64,000 bases of DNA. It comes from a virus. Made by a program: the position numbers and the translations under genes. The stretch covers positions 66,044-130,043 of the IMG/VR virus record IMGVR_UViG_3300044705_000115. The stretch is one strand, 5' to 3'. A model generated the notes under the pieces. It saw only the letters and a list, made by a program, of their open reading frames with translations, ran no database searches and was not told where the DNA came from. This document shows positions 36,521-46,042 of this stretch, one piece after another; the first letter of the stretch is position 1; each line of letters opens with the position of its first letter.

Positions 36521-38182
36521 TCAGGCAGTAGTGGCGTCTTCGCCGATGATCCCGATTTCCTGCAGGATCGTGATGAGGCTCGACATCGCCGTTCCCGTCG
36601 AGCGCGAGCCGGTGATTTTCTTTTTCGCCTGCGGTCCGGCCCCGTTGATCCCGAGTTTGCCTTCGACTTCGAGGTCTTTGGAGACCGACAGCTTGGCGAT
36701 GATCCGCAGGACTTCAGCGCCGTTGCGCTGCAGGAAGGTGTCGGCGCCCGTGGAGCCCGGCCCCCACCCCATCTGGCCACTCGTTTCGAGCTGGAACCGC
36801 GAGTGAGCCTCTGCGGCTTTCAAGGTCTGCAGCGCGATGGTTCCGGTTTCGGCAGTCTGGATCAGCACTGGATTGCTGGCAGAGGTCGGCGGCGTGTAGC
36901 TGGCGCCGCCGTAGACCTTGAGGTCGATGGTCGCCGAGGTGGAAGGCGTGCCGACGATGACCGAGCCAGATGCCTGTTCGACCAGCGCGGAGATGCGCGA
37001 GTTGCCCGAGTCCCCCAGGGTGAAGTCGAAGGCGCCTTCGGTGCAGCCGACTACCTTGACCGCGTTGATGATCCAGTTGTAGCCCTTGCCCGTGGCCCAC
37101 TTGAATCCCTTTTTGCCATGCGCGGATTCGTCAACGAAGACCTTGCCGCCCAGCCAGAGGCCGTTGTCGCCCTCGAGGAAGACATTTGCGGTGACAGCAC
37201 CCTCCGCCTCGCAGTTGACCGCCTCGACATCGGACTTGATCTCCATCGCGTATTTGCACTCACCCCAGGCATGGACATTGGTCATCTTCGTCGCGTAGCC
37301 CGTGGTGTCGATCAGGATGTTGGTCAGCGTGTGGCTGGCGTCCTTGGCGATCGCAACCACATTCGTCAGGTGCCAGTCGTGTCCGGCGATGCGGATGTTG
37401 CGCCCGCCCGCGAGCCAGCTCTTCGTGTTGGTGATGAAGGAGTCCATTCCCCCTTCGGTGTCCACCCCATCGACCGTCTGCTGCAGATTGATGTTGTCGG
37501 TGGCGCAGTTGTAGACCTGGATGCCGTCGATGCGGAAGCGGCTTCCGTCGATCTTCAGCCCAGAACCCGAGGAGTTGTGCGCCTTGTTGCCGTCGATCGT
37601 GAGATCGGTGATGGAGAAGTCGACGATGCTGGCTGAGCCATAGCCTTCGCTCGTAATCACATCGGTGTTGGCGCCATCGGGGAGCGCGAGGATAGTCGCG
37701 CCAAGGCCAACGCCGGCGAGATGCACGCCGGACTGCAGCACAACATCGGCGACGAGGAACCTGCCTGCCGGGAACAGGAGCGTGCCGCCGGTCGCGGCCA
37801 TCGCTTCGATCCCGCTGTTGAAGGCTGCGGAGTCGTCGGTACTCCCGTCGCCCTTGGCGCCGAATTCCCGGACATCCGCCGCCGGCGAGCTTTCTTTCAC
37901 ATCGGCGAGGCTCAGCACATCGTGGGCGATCCAGTCGCCGTTGTGCAGGCGCGTGACGATCAGTCCGTCGCCCGCCGCGATCCCGATCTTCCGGTCATAG
38001 CGACGCACATTCTGAGTGAAGAGCAGGTCGTCTTCTGTCAGCTTGTGTTTGGAGTCGGTGAGTACCGCGATCAGCGGATTGGTCTTGCGGACGACCGCGA
38101 CCCGGATGCCCGGCTTGCGGTTCGCAACGTCGTGGGCGTTGCGGCGGATCGAACGGGCCAGCTCTCGGCTCGCTTCGCTCAT
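36521..38182 (-). CDS. Spike-position protein fused to a pectate-lyase-like beta-helix depolymerase
   Basis: N-terminal ~90 aa XkdR/OB-like; DVREFGAKGDGSTDDSAAF..LLFPAGRF followed by beta-helix repeats. Confidence 0.8.
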   Translation of the reverse strand: MSEASRELARSIRRNAHDVANRKPGIRVAVVRKTNPLIAVLTDSKHKLTEDDLLFTQNVRRYDRKIGIAAGDGLIVTRLHNGDWIAHDVLSLADVKESSPAADVREFGAKGDGSTDDSAAFNSGIEAMAATGGTLLFPAGRFLVADVVLQSGVHLAGVGLGATILALPDGANTDVITSEGYGSASIVDFSITDLTIDGNKAHNSSGSGLKIDGSRFRIDGIQVYNCATDNINLQQTVDGVDTEGGMDSFITNTKSWLAGGRNIRIAGHDWHLTNVVAIAKDASHTLTNILIDTTGYATKMTNVHAWGECKYAMEIKSDVEAVNCEAEGAVTANVFLEGDNGLWLGGKVFVDESAHGKKGFKWATGKGYNWIINAVKVVGCTEGAFDFTLGDSGNSRISALVEQASGSVIVGTPSTSATIDLKVYGGASYTPPTSASNPVLIQTAETGTIALQTLKAAEAHSRFQLETSGQMGWGPGSTGADTFLQRNGAEVLRIIAKLSVSKDLEVEGKLGINGAGPQAKKKITGSRSTGTAMSSLITILQEIGIIGEDATTA

Positions 38183-39231
38183 TCTGCGCCCGCCGAAAGC
38201 ACTGCGACCCGGACGTTGATCGCGTCGGTAGAGAGCGGCGCAAGCTCAAGGAAGAGGCGCCGCGTCAGGCTGATGTCGTCCTCTTCGTCCAGTTCGGCTT
38301 CGCCGAGGACGTAGGCGTTGACCGACTTGCCGAGGAAGGTGGAGACCTTGACCCGCTCGCCGATAAGTTCGGCGAAGCGCCCGTCCCGCTGTACGAGGGC
38401 GAAGGAGCCGCGCTCGGGGTTGAGCAGCGTTCCGTGCCAAGAGCAGGAGGCGACGGTTGAGGTGGCGTCCTGGGGCGGGTCCATGCCCAGGATGCTCTGC
38501 GCGTACTCGAACGGGTAGCGCCCGATCTGGATGTCGTCGATGTCCGGCAGCTCCGGCGCGGTGAAGTAGGTGGCGAAGATCCTGTACTCGCCCGCTTCGG
38601 AGGTCGGTTCTTCGGGCTGGTTGCGGATCACAGCAGCGCTCGACTGCAGGACTTCGGAACTGGCTGGGATCACGCCAGCGCCGCCCGTGACCCCTTTCAG
38701 CTTCGTCGCTTCCTTGCTCGTGTAGTTGATGACCTGGCCGCCGACCGTTGCCCTGCCAGCGGAGTCAAAGCCAGTGGTCGAGACGACTTTGAGTTCGGTG
38801 ACTGGGAGGGTCACTTTTTCACTCGTCGTCGTGTTGACCGGGCCGTACTTGTCGGTGCCGTGGGCGCGGGTGCCGATGCCAGAGATGGTCGAGATGCGGG
38901 CGGCGCCCGGCGAGCCTGCGATGACACCGAACTCGTAGTTGCCCGGAGGCAAGGCGACCGGCGCAGCGAAGCGCAGGTCGAACCATGCCCGTTCGGCGCC
39001 GAGAGGGACGATGGCCTCCAGACTTTCCCCTGCCAGCGCCCCGCTGCCGTTGTAGATGATGCCCTTGATCGGCTGGCCGTCGCCGATGGCGCCAGGGGCC
39101 TGTCCGTCGAGCTCGGCCGAGAGCTTCGTGATCAGCATCGCCTTATCGACCGTGAATGAGGTCAGGAACTTCTGATCTGGCGTCAGGACTTTGGTGCCAG
39201 TGAAGCCCCTGCGAAAGCCGAGGATGGGCAT
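38179..39231 (-). CDS. Virion protein with an N-terminal beta-sandwich and a C-terminal RlpA/DPBB-like domain
   Basis: Start ATG 39231. C-terminus GERVKVSTFLGKSVNAYV..DISLTRRLFLELA..INVRVAVL. Confidence 0.6.
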   Translation of the reverse strand: MPILGFRRGFTGTKVLTPDQKFLTSFTVDKAMLITKLSAELDGQAPGAIGDGQPIKGIIYNGSGALAGESLEAIVPLGAERAWFDLRFAAPVALPPGNYEFGVIAGSPGAARISTISGIGTRAHGTDKYGPVNTTTSEKVTLPVTELKVVSTTGFDSAGRATVGGQVINYTSKEATKLKGVTGGAGVIPASSEVLQSSAAVIRNQPEEPTSEAGEYRIFATYFTAPELPDIDDIQIGRYPFEYAQSILGMDPPQDATSTVASCSWHGTLLNPERGSFALVQRDGRFAELIGERVKVSTFLGKSVNAYVLGEAELDEEDDISLTRRLFLELAPLSTDAINVRVAVLSAGAE

Positions 39232-40619
39232 CAGGCGGCCCTCGCGGGGAACTGGGTGCCGCCGTCCTTGCGGTTCTCGGCCCGCGTCGGCTGCAGGCGC
39301 TTTGAGCCACCGCAGAAGCCAGGCGGCGTGCGCCCGTGCTTGCGGGCTTTCTCGCACTGCTTTTCCTGAATTTCTTCGCCCTTCTTGTCGATGTAGGGGT
39401 CGGAGAACTTGCAGGTCACGGACATGGTGTATTCGCCGTTGGCGACGGAATGGCTGACGCCGGTCACATAGACGAGTTCCGTCAGGCCCATCTCCGGCAG
39501 CCGCAGCTTCACCGCATCGCCGCGGAAGAGGGTGGAGATGCCCGGATGGTCGAAGGTGACTTCCCGCAGAGGCCGCATCGACTTCACCAACTCGGCCTTC
39601 CCTTCTTTGCGAGCTTCGGTCTTCGAGTTGACGGGGTCTTCGAGGCTGATGTTGCGGTGGATGTAGCCGTAGCGGGCAGCGGCCTTCTTGGCGACCACAT
39701 CGACTTCCAGCTTGCTCACCTTCGTCCCCTTCTTGGTTTTGTCTTTCGAGGACGATTTTTTCTCGGCGCCTTTGGTCGTTCCTCGCACATGCGCTGCGGT
39801 GGCGAGATTCTTGCGCAGGCTCCGCTGGATCGTCGCCTCGAGGAGCGCCTGGCCCACGATCAGCATCGTCTTGGAGCGCCGCAGCGCGACGACCTGAAGC
39901 TCCCCGCCGCGCATCCGCACGACGAATTTGCGGCCGGAGTAGTTCCGCTCGAGCTTGTACGCCTTCATGATCACATCGAGCGGGCTGGCGTTCATCTCGG
40001 TCAGGTTGTTGATCCGCTTGAAGCCCTTCGCCAGCTTGCCCACCTTCACGCCGTAGGTGCGGCAGACCTCGCGGGTGATCTGATCGGCGGTCCAGCCGGT
40101 CGCCCGGTATTTGGTCGCATCGCTCTGCTTCTTGCCCTTCGACTTGCGGAAGGAGAAGTCGTCACGCGATTTGGCGAGCCAAGCAAGCTCATCGGCGAGG
40201 TTGAAGACATGGGTGCCGGTGCTGCCGGTGATGTTGGAATCGAGGATGCGCATGTCCCAGATGCGCCGGTACTTGCCGCCCTGACGCGGCGCTGCCTCCA
40301 GCCGGATTGAGTGGCCCTCGTAGACCGCCAGTGGCTTGCGGCCCTCCGACTTCTGCAGCGTCAACGTGCCGCGCAGGATCGGCGAGGCATCTTCCCAGGT
40401 CACCGCATCGACGTACTCGTCCAGGCCCACTTTGCGGTCCTTGGGATCCTTCATCTCGCCACGGAAGACGGTCACGCGGAAGCGCTCCTCGCCGTAGCGG
40501 ACATCGGGGGCGGCGGCCTGCCAGTAGTCCGGCAGGGCGTCGCGCTTGTTGCGCCCGCGCCCGCTGGCGCCATTGTCCTTGCGGGCGAGGCTCTTGGCCG
40601 GGCCTACCGCTGCACTCAC
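39231..40619 (-). CDS. Baseplate hub (XkdQ/gp44-like)
   Basis: Position after the LysM gene; TADQITREVC..G, ARYG, FRGDAVKL..YVTGVSHS..YTMSV. Confidence 0.78.
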   Translation of the reverse strand: MSAAVGPAKSLARKDNGASGRGRNKRDALPDYWQAAAPDVRYGEERFRVTVFRGEMKDPKDRKVGLDEYVDAVTWEDASPILRGTLTLQKSEGRKPLAVYEGHSIRLEAAPRQGGKYRRIWDMRILDSNITGSTGTHVFNLADELAWLAKSRDDFSFRKSKGKKQSDATKYRATGWTADQITREVCRTYGVKVGKLAKGFKRINNLTEMNASPLDVIMKAYKLERNYSGRKFVVRMRGGELQVVALRRSKTMLIVGQALLEATIQRSLRKNLATAAHVRGTTKGAEKKSSSKDKTKKGTKVSKLEVDVVAKKAAARYGYIHRNISLEDPVNSKTEARKEGKAELVKSMRPLREVTFDHPGISTLFRGDAVKLRLPEMGLTELVYVTGVSHSVANGEYTMSVTCKFSDPYIDKKGEEIQEKQCEKARKHGRTPPGFCGGSKRLQPTRAENRKDGGTQFPARAA

Positions 40620-41434
40620 GGCGCTTCCACCCCCCCAGTCTTGTGATCGACGAGCCTAGGGATGTGGAGCTTGCGAACCCGTTTGCCGTTCTTGTCGAGC
40701 TCGTTGAGGTCACGCCCAGGGGCGAAGTCCTTGATGCCGTTGTCCATGACGATTGCACGCCACAGGGTCGGGTCGCCGTAGTAGTAGAGCGCCAGCTTGG
40801 AGAGCGTCGCGGGGTTGCCAGCGACGACCTTGCCCGAGCCTTCCTCGACGCCCCTGCCGTCCTTTTCGAGCTTCACCGTCGCCGGCGTCTTGTCTCCCTG
40901 CCCGTCTTCGCCCGAGTAGCCGCGCTGTTCTGCGGTCTGTTCACGCCACTCGACGAAGGAGAGGTCGAAGTAGCGGGCGTCGATCTCCCCAGCCCTCTCT
41001 TCGACAGCGACCGAGCGCAGGGTCACCGGCAGCCGCAGGTCATTTCCTTCCCACCAGCCCGAGCGGGCGACGAACATCATCGGCGAGCCGAGCTGGGCGA
41101 GATCCTTGAGTTCCTGGGCGACCCGCTGCGGATGAGGGGCATTCGGCCGCGCCCGCTCCCAGCTCACCCAGGTCGGCTGATAGTCGACGACGATGGTGCG
41201 CATCTCGAAGGAGAGGAGCTGTCGCCCCCCGAGCCGCGAGAACTGCCCGCGGGAGAGCGTGTCGAAGTCGTTGAAGGTCGTCGCCTGCGTCCAGCCGAAG
41301 GCTTCGAGCGGCGCCACCTGGAAGTTGAGCGGCTGTTTGAGGACGCCCTTCTTGGTGTGCTTGAAGCGCTGCAGGGTGACGCGCAGACCATCGGTCTGCC
41401 AGCGGCCCTGCCGAGAGAGCGGCGGGCGCGGCAT
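40616..41434 (-). CDS. Tail tube initiator with LysM domain (XkdP-like)
   Basis: YFDLSFVEWR; TLSKLALYYYGDPTLWRAI..N..LHIP. Confidence 0.82.
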   Translation of the reverse strand: MPRPPLSRQGRWQTDGLRVTLQRFKHTKKGVLKQPLNFQVAPLEAFGWTQATTFNDFDTLSRGQFSRLGGRQLLSFEMRTIVVDYQPTWVSWERARPNAPHPQRVAQELKDLAQLGSPMMFVARSGWWEGNDLRLPVTLRSVAVEERAGEIDARYFDLSFVEWREQTAEQRGYSGEDGQGDKTPATVKLEKDGRGVEEGSGKVVAGNPATLSKLALYYYGDPTLWRAIVMDNGIKDFAPGRDLNELDKNGKRVRKLHIPRLVDHKTGGVEAP

Positions 41435-44400
41435 CAGTCCAGCACCTCGTCATCCCCGGTGTCGGGCTCGAGGTCGAGGTCGGAGGCGAGGTCGTTGAAT
41501 GCCTGGTTCACCTCGCGCACGATCTGCTTGCGGATGTCGCCGGGTCGGTGGTTGTGAACGGTCACGCTGCCGATACGCAGGCCGCCGCCGCCCGCCGTAC
41601 CCCGGCCCTTCGGCCGCACGCTGGCGACCTCAGCCCCGCCGTCGCCGATTCCGAGCAGGGTCGGGCGGTGCGCTTCGACGGTGCCGCCCGTGCCGAACCA
41701 GCCAGCGAAGGAGGGCAGACGTCCCCCCTTGCCGAAGCCCTGCCGGAAGGCCACGCGAGCGCCAGCTTCGCGGTCGCTAAGCGCGGGGATGCCAGGCCGC
41801 TCCCACTCGTTCATGAAGAGGGCGGCTGCGGCCTCAGGACTCGCCGATTTGTTCAGCGCCGGGATCAAGCCCTGGCCGCCGTGGGAGAGCATGAAGAGCG
41901 TCTGGAAGATCGGGTTTTCCCATTTCGATCCGCCGGCGGCCTTCAGATTGGCGAGGCTGATCGCGCCGCTCGTAAAGCCCCACAGCCCGCCGCCGCCCGT
42001 TCCTTCCGCACCGGGGTCCATGCCGGACTCGCGCCATGCGTTGCCGATGATCCCCGCTGCGGCGATTTTGTTCGCGCCATGAGCGAAGAGCACCTGGGCG
42101 ATCGCCCGTTCCACGGCGGCGCGGGAGCCGCCGATCTTGCCGCCCGCGCCGAGCATCACTTCCGAGCCGACGCCTTTCAGGCTGGCCGCCTGGGCGATCC
42201 TGTGGTTCAGGCCTGCGGCCATCGCGCTCATCCCCGCCTGTGCGAGGGCGCCGGGGACGCCGCCGAGTTTCGAGCTCGGCGCCTTGACCCGTTTGAAGCC
42301 GCCGCTGGCGCCCATCATCAGGCCGCGCACCGCGCTCGCCCCAGTCGGGCCGCCTGGGTAGAAGCCGATGTGGACATGGTCGCTGTGGCCGCCGATCGAG
42401 CCGGGGTGCTTGGTGCCTTCGTCGATGAAGTAGGGATAGGGGTCGTAGAACAGCTCGTTGAGGCCGTGGCCGAGGTAGCGCTGCTCGGCGGCGCGGCGGA
42501 AGCTGTACATCAGGTTCGGCGCCCCGGATACGTCGTAGGCGAGGCCCGAGTAGTGCAGGGAGTCGGAGACATGGCCGCTGCTCGGGATGCCGCCGAAGCC
42601 AGGGCCGCCGCTAACGCTCAACCCCATGCCCGCTGCGTAGCGACCGACCGATTCGATCCCGCCGCCGAAGGCCGGGCGCCGACCGCCGCGGGCGTAGGTG
42701 AGTTCGGAATGCGGGCGTCCCTCGCCCGCGACCATGTGGCCGAGGCTCGTGCCGAACGCTCCGAGCATTTCGTTGGCACTGCGCTCGGTGTGCTTGTTCA
42801 CGACCAGCTCGCCAGCGGCCCCAACGCCGCCGCCGCCGAGCGCGTAGCGGTCCTGGTTGCCGAAGCCGCCGATGCGGTAGCCACCGTAGGCGTAGCCGTG
42901 TGCCTTGTTGAAGGCGCGTTCGTTCTGGGACGGGCGGGCACCGTTGCCTGACGGGCCTTTGGTCGCGTCGGAGCGGGCTTCGCGCCCGGCGGAGCCACCC
43001 TGCTCCATGCCCTTGACGATGTTGGTCGCCTGGGTGTGGTTGTAGCCCATCGCCATCAGGGAGCCGAGCGCCTGCTGCTGGAGCTTGGTGAAGGAGGTCG
43101 AGACTTCCTCCTGCGCCCTCTCCGCCTGGCTCGACATCGCGTCGGCGATGCCCTTCCATTCCTTCGCCGTGCCGCTGTAGATGTGGCCATTGATGATTTC
43201 GACGTTGTGGCCCATCAGCGCGAACTCGGCTTCGATGGCAGCGACAGCGGATTCGTAGAGGCCCTTCAGTTTCGGGTTCTGTTTGGCGGCTTCGCGGTAC
43301 CAGGACAGCTCGGCGCGGGCGAGAACCTTGGCCCCCTGCGGCCCGATCTTCCCCATTTCTTCCATGATCGGGCCGAGCATTTTCTGCCCTGCTTTGCGCA
43401 CGCCTTCGTTCTTGGTGCGGATCTCGAATGCTTTGGAGAAGTCTTCGACAGCGGCGGCGCCAGCGGCGGCTGAGCGTTCATGGATGACGCCGTCGAGCCG
43501 GTCCATGACCTTTTCGATGTATTCCTGGGCCGGGCCGAGGTCGCCGCCCTGCTTGCCGAATTCTTTCGCCACTTTCCCGAGGCGCCGCTTGGTGGCGATG
43601 GCACCGCTGCGGGTTTCCGGCACTTCACCGAGGATGCCGCTGACCCGTTTCTGGGTGAATTCGAGGACTTTCTGCTGCCGTTCGCTCGGCGGTTCGGGCA
43701 TGGGGATGATCCCGAAGCTGGCCTGGGAGAGACCTGCGGCGGCCCTTTCGGGCAGGTTGCCGTTGTAGGTCAGCGCCCCGATGCCGCCGAGGATCGCTGA
43801 CGCTGGCGCCAGGAAACGTCCGGCCGCACCGATGCCCGCCATCAGGCCGCGACCCGCTCCGATTGCCAGTGCTCCTCCCTGGGCGGCGGCCGATGCGCTC
43901 GTCGAGTAGCCCGCTGCGCGGGCCTGCTGGAAGGTGGTGCTGTAGCCCGGCGTCAATCCGCGGCCCCCGAAGACTTTGGGCAGGCCGAATCGACCCGCCA
44001 CGCCGCCGGCGATGCCCGCCACTACCCCGCCCCTGCCAGCCCCGATCGGCCCGCTGCCCACCGGAACCGTCCCAGCGCTGCGCTGCGCGGCGGTGGCACG
44101 GCCCGCTTCGGTGGCGATCAGGCCCCAGTCGGCCGCGATCATCCTCAGACGCGATCCGAGGCTATTCAGGGCCACGGCGCCCAGCACCCCCACAATCAGG
44201 TTGCTGAGGCCGGGGATGGCTTCGAGGAGGCCGTTGACGGCTTCCAGCAGCATGTTCATCAGTTCGAGGACGCTGAGCAGGGCCGAGGAGCCGCCGCCGA
44301 GGGTGTCGAAGAGCCGGATGAGCTGTTCGAGGGTCTTCGCCAGCGCCGGTCCGTACTTTTCGCCGATCGTCTGGAACAGGTCCTCGAGCGGTTCGAGCGC

Positions 44401-45708
44401 CTTGGTCAGCATGTCCATCGTGTGAGCGAGGCCACCCCCAGTACCGAGCCGGATGAACGCCTTGCTCAGCTCGCCCACGAATTTGAAGATCGAGTCGAGG
44501 TTGGCTTTCAGGCTGTCGAAGTAGTCGCGGAGCTGGTTCTGACCCGAGAGCGAGTTGGCGAAGTTGTCCCAGCGTTCCGTCGCCTTGTCGGCCGATTCCC
44601 AGAGTTCATCGCCGAGCGGCCGCGCCGCTTTGCCGATCCCGCGCAGCGTCCCCCACAGGTTCGAGAGGATCGAGCCGAAGGTTTCCAGCGAGGCGCGGGT
44701 GCGGTCGAAGTAGGAGCGCAGTTCGCCCGTTCGCCGGCCAGTCAGCGCCGACTGCTCCAGCATCTGCGACCAGCCGAGGATCGTTTTCGAGAGCCATTCG
44801 GTGAACGGCTCGGCGGCGACGGCGATGTGGCGGAACGCCTCGACCACGTTGATCAACGCCGAGCCGAGCCGGTTCAGGACAGTAAGACCCTGCTTGCCGA
44901 CCGACTGCAGGTCGGAGAGGAAGCCTTTGGTCGTGAAGGCGCCAGCAGCCCTTTCAGCGATGCCGCCTAGCGTCGAGCCGCCCTGACGGAGCAGGTTTTT
45001 CGCCGTCGGGACGCCCCGCTGTAGCTGCGAGAGAGCCGCCGTCAGGCCTGGGAACAGCCCCGCCTGGGCGCTCGATTTCAGTTCGTTGGTGACCGGTTTC
45101 AGTTCTTTCAGGACGCGCACGAATTCGCGCCCCTGCGGGGTCAGCGCTGCCATCGCGCCTTTCGTCCCTTTGAGCGCCCTGTCGATCCCCGAGAAGGCGA
45201 GTTTGGCCGCGCCCACAGCGATCCCGATCCCGAGGAAGGTCGCGGGGAGGGCACCGGCAACGCCAACGAGGTCGGTCAGTTTGGGGATCAGCGCCGCTGC
45301 GCCGCCCGCCAGCGCACTCACCCCCTGCACGAGCGCCACGACGCCGCTGATGATCAGCGGCAGTTTCATGGCCTGGAAAATCTTGCCGATGGAGGCCAGC
45401 GAGATCCCGACGCGGCCGAGTTTCGTACTCAGCCGGTCGGAATCGTCGCCAGCGCCCTGCAGCGTCTTGCGGAGCCTGCCGCCGCCGCCGCTGTCGCCAG
45501 CGAAGGTGCGGGAGTCGCGGTCGATCGTCTTGATCTGGCGATCAACATCCTCCATCTGCTTGAGCTGCTTGTCGCTGCCGACATTGTCGAGACGGCTCCC
45601 GAGTTTGTCGATCGCATCGTCGGTTTTTTTCGCCTGCAGCTCCATTTTCCGCATGGGGCCGCTGGCGCCGTCGATGATCTTGAAAAGCCCCTCGACCGTC
45701 GCTGCCAT
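41434..45708 (-). CDS. Tape measure protein with C-terminal muralytic domains
   Basis: 1424 aa, helical and A/G/L-rich; HYSGLAYD..HSDHVH peptidase motif; AGIIGNAWRESG..FMNEWERPG tail-lysozyme motif. Confidence 0.92.
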   Translation of the reverse strand: MAATVEGLFKIIDGASGPMRKMELQAKKTDDAIDKLGSRLDNVGSDKQLKQMEDVDRQIKTIDRDSRTFAGDSGGGGRLRKTLQGAGDDSDRLSTKLGRVGISLASIGKIFQAMKLPLIISGVVALVQGVSALAGGAAALIPKLTDLVGVAGALPATFLGIGIAVGAAKLAFSGIDRALKGTKGAMAALTPQGREFVRVLKELKPVTNELKSSAQAGLFPGLTAALSQLQRGVPTAKNLLRQGGSTLGGIAERAAGAFTTKGFLSDLQSVGKQGLTVLNRLGSALINVVEAFRHIAVAAEPFTEWLSKTILGWSQMLEQSALTGRRTGELRSYFDRTRASLETFGSILSNLWGTLRGIGKAARPLGDELWESADKATERWDNFANSLSGQNQLRDYFDSLKANLDSIFKFVGELSKAFIRLGTGGGLAHTMDMLTKALEPLEDLFQTIGEKYGPALAKTLEQLIRLFDTLGGGSSALLSVLELMNMLLEAVNGLLEAIPGLSNLIVGVLGAVALNSLGSRLRMIAADWGLIATEAGRATAAQRSAGTVPVGSGPIGAGRGGVVAGIAGGVAGRFGLPKVFGGRGLTPGYSTTFQQARAAGYSTSASAAAQGGALAIGAGRGLMAGIGAAGRFLAPASAILGGIGALTYNGNLPERAAAGLSQASFGIIPMPEPPSERQQKVLEFTQKRVSGILGEVPETRSGAIATKRRLGKVAKEFGKQGGDLGPAQEYIEKVMDRLDGVIHERSAAAGAAAVEDFSKAFEIRTKNEGVRKAGQKMLGPIMEEMGKIGPQGAKVLARAELSWYREAAKQNPKLKGLYESAVAAIEAEFALMGHNVEIINGHIYSGTAKEWKGIADAMSSQAERAQEEVSTSFTKLQQQALGSLMAMGYNHTQATNIVKGMEQGGSAGREARSDATKGPSGNGARPSQNERAFNKAHGYAYGGYRIGGFGNQDRYALGGGGVGAAGELVVNKHTERSANEMLGAFGTSLGHMVAGEGRPHSELTYARGGRRPAFGGGIESVGRYAAGMGLSVSGGPGFGGIPSSGHVSDSLHYSGLAYDVSGAPNLMYSFRRAAEQRYLGHGLNELFYDPYPYFIDEGTKHPGSIGGHSDHVHIGFYPGGPTGASAVRGLMMGASGGFKRVKAPSSKLGGVPGALAQAGMSAMAAGLNHRIAQAASLKGVGSEVMLGAGGKIGGSRAAVERAIAQVLFAHGANKIAAAGIIGNAWRESGMDPGAEGTGGGGLWGFTSGAISLANLKAAGGSKWENPIFQTLFMLSHGGQGLIPALNKSASPEAAAALFMNEWERPGIPALSDREAGARVAFRQGFGKGGRLPSFAGWFGTGGTVEAHRPTLLGIGDGGAEVASVRPKGRGTAGGGGLRIGSVTVHNHRPGDIRKQIVREVNQAFNDLASDLDLEPDTGDDEVLD

Positions 45709-46040
45709 CAGCTCCCCCTCTGCGCGGTGCGGCTCGGCTTGTTGCCGCCTTCGAGCTCATTGAGACCGATGGCGCAGCCGTAGGTGAACGCCTTGACCCG
45801 TCCGGGGTAGGGCGGCAGCCGCGGCTCGCTCAGCTCGTCGGTCGGCAGGAAGATGAAGTGCCGGTTCCCGCACATGGCGCACTCCGTCGCCCCCGGTTTC
45901 AGGGGCAGCGAGTAGCACGCCGGGCACGGGTGTGGCGCCGTCGTCCTCCGGTACTGATCGTCGAGGCCGTTGTAGAGGCGGTAGGGGTCGTGCCCTGCTT
46001 TCCAAGCCAGTGCCAGGACAAGTGCCTCTCCCCCCCGCAT
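45708..46040 (-). CDS. Tail assembly chaperone, frameshifted C-terminal part (gpT-like)
   Basis: In the -1 frame relative to the upstream chaperone via A AAA AAC; CPAC..CAMC. Confidence 0.7.
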   Translation of the reverse strand: MRGGEALVLALAWKAGHDPYRLYNGLDDQYRRTTAPHPCPACYSLPLKPGATECAMCGNRHFIFLPTDELSEPRLPPYPGRVKAFTYGCAIGLNELEGGNKPSRTAQRGS

Positions 46041-46042
46041 TA

